The notes beneath the pieces were generated by a model, which did not search any database, had not been told where the DNA came from, and saw only the letters and a program-made list of their open reading frames with translations. A stretch of DNA of 63,093 nucleotides, counting the filler, from Aduncisulcus paluster (lineage: Eukaryota): the NCBI GenBank assembly GCA_024181965.1. It is 4 parts of 4 records of this genome, joined end to end, with 100 filler letters (N's around TTAATTAATTAA, not from the genome) between each part and the next. Parts side by side here need not be neighbours in the genome. Positions count along the whole stretch, not along the records: positions 52,728 to 63,093 come from BQXS01012743.1; 3 more parts are not named here. One strand, given 5' to 3'. Numbering within the stretch: the stretch's first letter is position 1; each line of letters starts with the position of its first letter. The translations under genes were made by a program, and so were the position numbers. Below are positions 57,491-63,093 of the stretch, piece by piece.

Positions 57491-57838
57491 CTTGGAAGAG
57501 GCAAGGGGCAGGTCAGATTCGGACAAAAATAGGTTTCGCCGCAACCAATGATACCACCCCGGAGCATTTTTGGAATTGTCAAACGAAGTGAACAATTCAG
57601 CTTTCCAAAAGGGGTCTAGAATTAAAAACAATAAGAAATCCCACACACAAGATACACACGAGTGGATAGAAGGCTACAAATAAGAAGAACAAACCCAAGG
57701 GGAAACAGCAAAAGGTCAGTCCAAGACAACATCTGTCAAAGCCAGTATCTGTGACATACAATGATGAAACTCTACTTTTTCACGTAACATTCTGTTCAAT
57801 ACATTGTCTTTCTCGACCCTTGGAGCCCCTGTGATCAT
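57389..57838 (-). CDS. Small spliced hypothetical protein (~101 aa) with weak NDUFA12-like motif; 3' end overlaps PSF1 antisense
   Basis: ATG at 57838 follows an AT-rich leader. Exon 1 ends at 57760, and intron 57759-57616 (GTATGT..CTAG, phase 1) joins in frame to ORF 57389-57646, which contains FDNSKNAPGWYHWLRR. Confidence 0.5.
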
Positions 57839-57906
57839 TTTTGACTTGGATGTTTATTGTGATGAAATAAAAAGTTTATTAAATCTTTAAAGGGTTATTA
57901 AATAAA

Positions 57907-58530
57907 TTATTTTGCATACTTTTCATCTTGTTTCATTTTTCTGCGTTTTATCTGCCTTTTAAACGCGCGAATAACTTTCTTTTCTTCAGAACTATACTTC
58001 CCTTTGTGAGATTCCTTTTCTTTAAGCCATTGCAATTGGTCAGAGTGTTGAGCAATAGTCTCGAACCTTTTCTGGAATGTTTTTAAAAGAGTTTTTAATA
58101 TAAGGTCCCGTTTGTCCGGCAAACCATGTGCAATATGTGATACCACAGAATAATAATCTTTACATCTTTCATCTAATTGTTGAATCTCAGGATCTGTATC
58201 AAGGCGCTGAAGTACTTCCTTGCTCATATACATTGGGGTAGATATTTCAACTTTTTTCTCTTTGGCTAATAGTCGAGCCATCCAAATAGGAATTTTTATC
58301 TCCCTACCCTTACGTAATACATGGCCATCTCCACTTCTAGAAGCTGGGTCCAGGTAAAATAAATAATTCATGTCTTCTTTAGTGATCACAGTTACAAGCT
58401 AAACGTAGTGTGTGAAAAATAGTATTGGAGAGGTAATTAGGATAATAAAAATAAAATGACAGTGAAATACAAAGAAACGACGTACCTTCTGAGAGGAAAG
58501 TAATTCTTCAGGGGAAAAATAGTGGGCCAT
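57907..58530 (-). CDS. PSF3: GINS complex subunit Psf3 (GINS3), 2 exons, ~178 aa
   Basis: Exon 1 MAHYFSPEELLSSQK, intron 58485-58399 (GTACGT..TTAG, phase 0). LFYLDP..GREIKIPIWMARLL..LDTDP..L....DYY..LLKTFQKRFETI resembles Psf3 (B-A domain order). Confidence 0.8.
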
Positions 58531-59297
58531 GACGCAAAAATGAATAAATTGTGTGTGTGTGTGATTTTTTTTTACGACTGTCGCACTGTGACTTTTTCAA
58601 TATTCTAAAAACGTTAAAATTAATATCCTATGATATCCTTATTCATTTTTTTTTTTTTTTTTTATTTTTATCTGCTTGCTTAATAGAGCCATGGAGATGA
58701 AAATTAAAAAAGCGTCTGAGTTTTCTGGAATTTGTATAAAACAAATATAATAATTATACACAATTAAACATACGCTGTATTTTTATTTGTTTTTACATCC
58801 CTTATTCATTCGCTTCAAGCGAGAAATTCAGAACTTCTGAACTGAAGTTGAACTTCAAGTTCTGGTGACAGAATTTTGAGCTTTTAAAGCATGGAAAGTT
58901 TCCATTAGTATTTGAATAATGTTTATGGAATCAATTTGATGTTTGAAATAAGTCTCATGTGGACCGTTTGGAGTGAGAATTTATTAATAGACCTATATAG
59001 CGATATATCATGAAAGATTATTGTTATTTTGGTGAAGAAATACTTGGTAACGTATTATAATTTTTTTTAAACTGTAATATGATTTTGATATGATAGAATC
59101 TAACAGTTCACAGTTGGTCATGCCAACTATTTTTGTCATCTCAATCTCATCGAGATCTTTTTCCTTTTTTTTTGCCCTCCATGTGATCTTCTTCTTCTTT
59201 GTGGAGGGTCGGGTGGGAGTTATTTCAGGTAAACTAAGAAAAAGCCCCTGCTCTTGTTCCAAAATGGATTTCCATTCTGATTATGGAGACCTTGATC

Positions 59298-59579
59298 CTA
59301 GTGGATGTTTCCCCTACCTGACGTTTCGGAATTTATGATCCGGTAAAAAACGCATTTTTCAGGCGGGAGGCTTCTTCTGGTGGTTCTTCAAGCCATGGTA
59401 TCCATTTTTTTATTCTCGTACAGTTGTACAGTTCTTGATCGATTCTGGTTATAGAGTATTATTGTTCCTCCAACTCCAGGAGTTGAACTCCTCGAGAGTT
59501 ACTCCCAATAGATCTCTCCCCTACCTGACGTTTCTAAAAAACGCATTTTTCAGGCGGGAGGTTCTATTGGGAGCTCTTT
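59298..59579. repeat. Two long hairpins sharing identical upper arms (59298-59380 and 59493-59579)
   Basis: TCCCCTACCTGACGTTTC and TAAAAAACGCATTTTTCAGGCGGGAGG occur in both copies. The loops and basal stems differ but still pair. Confidence 0.7.
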
Positions 59580-59892
59580 GTGCCATGTTCTTGACCCGTT
59601 CAAAGCTACTATTTTTTACTATTTTTACTCACCGCGTGTTTTCACGATGGTGCAATTTGGACATTCTTTTTGCATGTTGTCGCTTTGACGCATCGCAAAT
59701 TGAATTTGTTCAATTGTTGTTTGAGTTCATATCGACCATCAGTCAGTTTTGAGAGCTTTGGTTCACTATTATTTTTATTTAATGAATTATCGCATACGTT
59801 TTCGATCTGCACATTTTAACTTAAGTTGTGTTGGTTCGTCATTCGTAAACCAGGAACTCGATGTAGTAAATTCTGTTTTGTAATCTTTAGCA

Positions 59893-62482
59893 TTATTCTT
59901 CAGAGGAAGTCCTCCTTTTTCCATACGACTTTCCATATGATATGGTTCCACGAGATGTCAGATCCTGACCGAAATAATAGCATGTTTTCTCAAGTTTTGT
60001 CACGATATCATCTTTGGAATGTTCCCATGGCAGAAGGGATAACAGTTCACTCACAACGGTTTCTTTTGGCACAGTAAATACAAGGGAATTGATACAGAAA
60101 CATCGACTTTTCTTCTCATACCAGGTTCCTTTTCCTTCAATCTCACACAATACAACGTTATCCAAATCAATAGGAAGGAAGTGCCATTCATACCAATGTT
60201 TAGATCTTGTGAATTCATACTTCTTGTATGTCTTCTTACCATCACAATCAGTGAAAGTGAAGAGAAGAGAGGGTGAACTATCTTCATCCACACAGATATA
60301 AGCACCTTTCATTGGACTAGGTGATGGGAAAGGGATGGAAAGATGGGATAACCATACACCACCTTCCCCTTTCAACATTTCTTGAGCTTCTTCACTTCGG
60401 TCATACTTCTCAGATTCCTTTCTATACAAATCATTCTTTCCCTTGACCATCTCAAAAGAAGGATTCTTAACGGCTGCATTATCACGTGGAATGGGGATGG
60501 CAGATGCATCGCCAGAATTCACAAACTCTGATTTAATGGTGGGCTACATATCATTTTTGAAAAAAGAGAAATATAATGGTATTAGAAACAAATCGAGAGA
60601 TAATATTGTAAAATAAGATTAGCGTGAATCGTATCAAATAATAAAACAAAGAAATGTGAAAATATTAAACCAATAAAATATAATGAACATACAGCTTTAG
60701 ACCATTGTTCCTCAATGGATTCTCGAATACAACGTTCTTCAGGGGTTTCTTCTCGAAAGAATACGAGGGAGCGGATTCTAAAACATCGAATATTCTCCTC
60801 TTCCCACCTTCCTTTCCCTTCAATCTCACACAATACAACTTTATCCAAATCAATAGGAAGGAAGTGCCATTCATACCAATGTTTAGGTCTTGTGAATTCA
60901 TACTTCTTGCATGTCTTCTTACCATCACAATCAGTGAAAGTGAAGAGAAGAGAGGGTGAACTATCATACTCATCCACACAGATATAAGCACCTTTCATTG
61001 GACTAGGTGATGGGAAAGGGATGGAAAGATGGGATAATTCCACGCTACCTTCACCTTTCAACATTTTTTGAGCTTCTTCACTTTGGTCATACTCCTCAGA
61101 TTCCTTACAATACCAATAATTCTTTCCCTTGACCATCTCAAAAGAAGGATTATTAACGGCTGCATTACCACGTGGAATGGGGATGGCAGATGGATCGCCA
61201 GAATTCACAAACTCTGATTTAATGGCGGGCTACATATCATTTTTGAAAAAGAGAGATATAATGGTATTAGAAACAAATCGAGAGATAATATTGTTAAATA
61301 AGATTAGCGTGAATCGTATCAAATAATAAAACAAAGAAATGTGAAAATATTAAACCAATAAAAATATAATGAACATACAGCTTTAGACCATTGTTCCTCA
61401 ATGGATTCTCGAATACAACGTTCTTCAGGGGTTTCTTCTCGAAAGAATACGAGGGAGAGGATGTTAAAGCATCGACTATTCTTCTCATTCCACATTCCTT
61501 TCCCTTCAATCTCACACAATACAACATTAGCCAAATCAATAGGAAGGAAGTGCCATTCAAATACATGTTCAGGTCTTATGAATTCATACTTCTTGCATGT
61601 CTTCTTACCATCACAATCAGTGAAAGTGAAGAGAAGAGAGGGTGAACTATCATCCTTATCCACACAAATATAAGCAACTTTCATTGGACTAGGTGATGGG
61701 AAAGGGATAGAAATATGGGATAACCATACATTATCTTCCCATTTTAACATTCTTTGTGCTCTTAAACTCTGATCATACTTCTTAGATTCCTTACTCACCG
61801 AATCATTCTTGCCCTTAACCTTTGAAAATGAAGGATCAACAAGCTTTGGACCATCAGGTGGAATGGGAATAGAATCTCTACCTCCTTCCTGAACAAATTC
61901 TGGTTTCACAACTGGAGCTTCAGACCAAAGTTTCTCTCTGGCTTCACAAGCTTTGATTTCTTCAGGAGTTTCTTCTCTACTTATGAAAACAAGGGAGTAG
62001 ATTTTAAAAGACTCTTTCTTTCTCCCTTTCCCTTTAATCTCACACAGAACAACATCAGGGAGATCTACAGGAAGGAAATACCAACGATAATCTTCAAATT
62101 CAGGAAATTTGTATTTTTTGGATGTTTTAACACCCTTTGAAGATGTAAGAGTGAAGATAAGGTGTGATGGAGGTGAGGAAAAAAACAAAGAATTGATTAG
62201 ACAGATATAAGCACCTTTCATTGGGGAAGATGAAGAGAAAGGAATGGAGATATTGGTAAAATATCCACTATTACCCTCTCCTTTCATCATCTTTTGTGCT
62301 TCAAAACTCTGATCGTACTTTTCATCATCTTCTTCCTTGGTTCCATCTATTGCTTCGATAGTTGGAAACTCTGCACTCTTAATATTGGGAGTATCTCTAG
62401 GAATTGGACAACAATCGTTATCTCCTTCAAGAACTAACTCAGGTTTCACAGTTTGAATAACAGCATCTGTGGATGAACTCAT
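59893..62482 (-). CDS. Four-domain member of the ~180-aa-domain family (3 exons, ~763 aa)
   Basis: Exons 62482-61379, 61229-60693 and 60543-59893. Two near-identical 149-nt phase-0 introns (61378-61230, 60692-60544; GTATGT..GTAG) join all three ORFs in frame. Confidence 0.85.
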
Positions 62483-62994
62483 TTGAATAGAGATAGAATT
62501 TCTTTTCTAAAAAAAAATAAAAACAAGCAGAATAATAATAGTATTTGTGAACAAACAGAATAATTGCGAATTTCAAGGAGAACAGTCCGAGAAACAAAGA
62601 CAAAACGATCAAGAAACGACACAGCACAATATAGTTAGTATAATTGAATGAATCCAATTGAAATATTTCTTAATATACATTTAATAAAGGATGTGACATA
62701 TAGTAAACATACAATTTGCTTGTACGACGAGAAAAAATGGAGGACTGAACAAGCAACCCTTCAATAGATAAGATTGGAAATTTAAAAAAACACATATAAA
62801 CGAATTAAATGCTGGTAAATGATAAAAACATGTTTTATTTTCATTTCCATGCCATGGTGTTTATTCTCGATATCTCAGGCTTTTGGAGAACCCTCAGGAC
62901 TGGATATAGTTCCATTTCACGTGTTAAGAACATTTATGAACGATTTCAATGCTATTCAATAACATGGATATATTTCCATTTCATTTCTATCCTT
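62483..62994 (-). repeat. Non-coding upstream segment duplicated with the family gene (matches 25375-26162 minus its assembly duplicate)
   Basis: About 500 bp of high-identity upstream sequence is shared. The shared sequence ends at ..TTTCTATCCTT. Confidence 0.85.
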
Positions 62995-63093
62995 ATCCTT
63001 GCCTTTCTGTTTCATTTTCACTTGCTTTTGCTTACAATCAAAAATATCAAGAACTCGGAATATGATGGTATACATATGTCTGTATACTGCTAC

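Noticed and set aside
59008..59262. 84-aa ORF as the missing PSF2 or another gene
   Set aside because: It has no GINS motifs, starts at a non-ATG codon and is low complexity.
1..63093. CRISPR arrays, tRNA or rRNA genes
   Set aside because: None seen. The repeats present are coding microsatellites, domain duplications or assembly overlaps.

Overview
The window is AT-rich, gene-dense DNA from a microbial eukaryote with short GT-AG introns (donor GTATG/GTACG, 76-149 nt), Ser/Glu microsatellite-rich proteins and expanded lineage-specific families. It resembles a free-living Carpediemonas-like fornicate such as Aduncisulcus; this is an inference, not verified. It consists of four unlinked contigs joined by artificial N+TTAATTAATTAA+N linkers (16401-16500, 27949-28048, 52628-52727), plus six 20-N gaps flanked by duplicated sequence. 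Contig 1: U2 snRNA, MLH3-like C-terminal-only protein, LRR protein, small Tim lacking most cysteines, LST8, Nudix-RG protein, Trm7, a coiled-coil protein and a repeat protein. Contig 2: giant LRR/EGF membrane protein, CRE-like retroelement relic, members of a ~180-aa-domain family and an FKBP relic. Contig 3: PLP-lyase pseudoenzyme, Med6, DENND11-like, SUN, TBC Rab-GAP, giant pseudokinase and a degenerate kinesin. Contig 4: retroelement relic, mRNA guanylyltransferase, a 2.8-kb cluster of three GINS subunit genes (Sld5, Psf1, Psf3) with a hidden fourth small gene, twin conserved hairpins and a four-domain family member. Highlights are the GINS cluster, the U2 snRNA, the small Tim, the ATPase-less MLH3 and the twin hairpins. 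All family assignments come from reading motifs by eye; no database searches were run.
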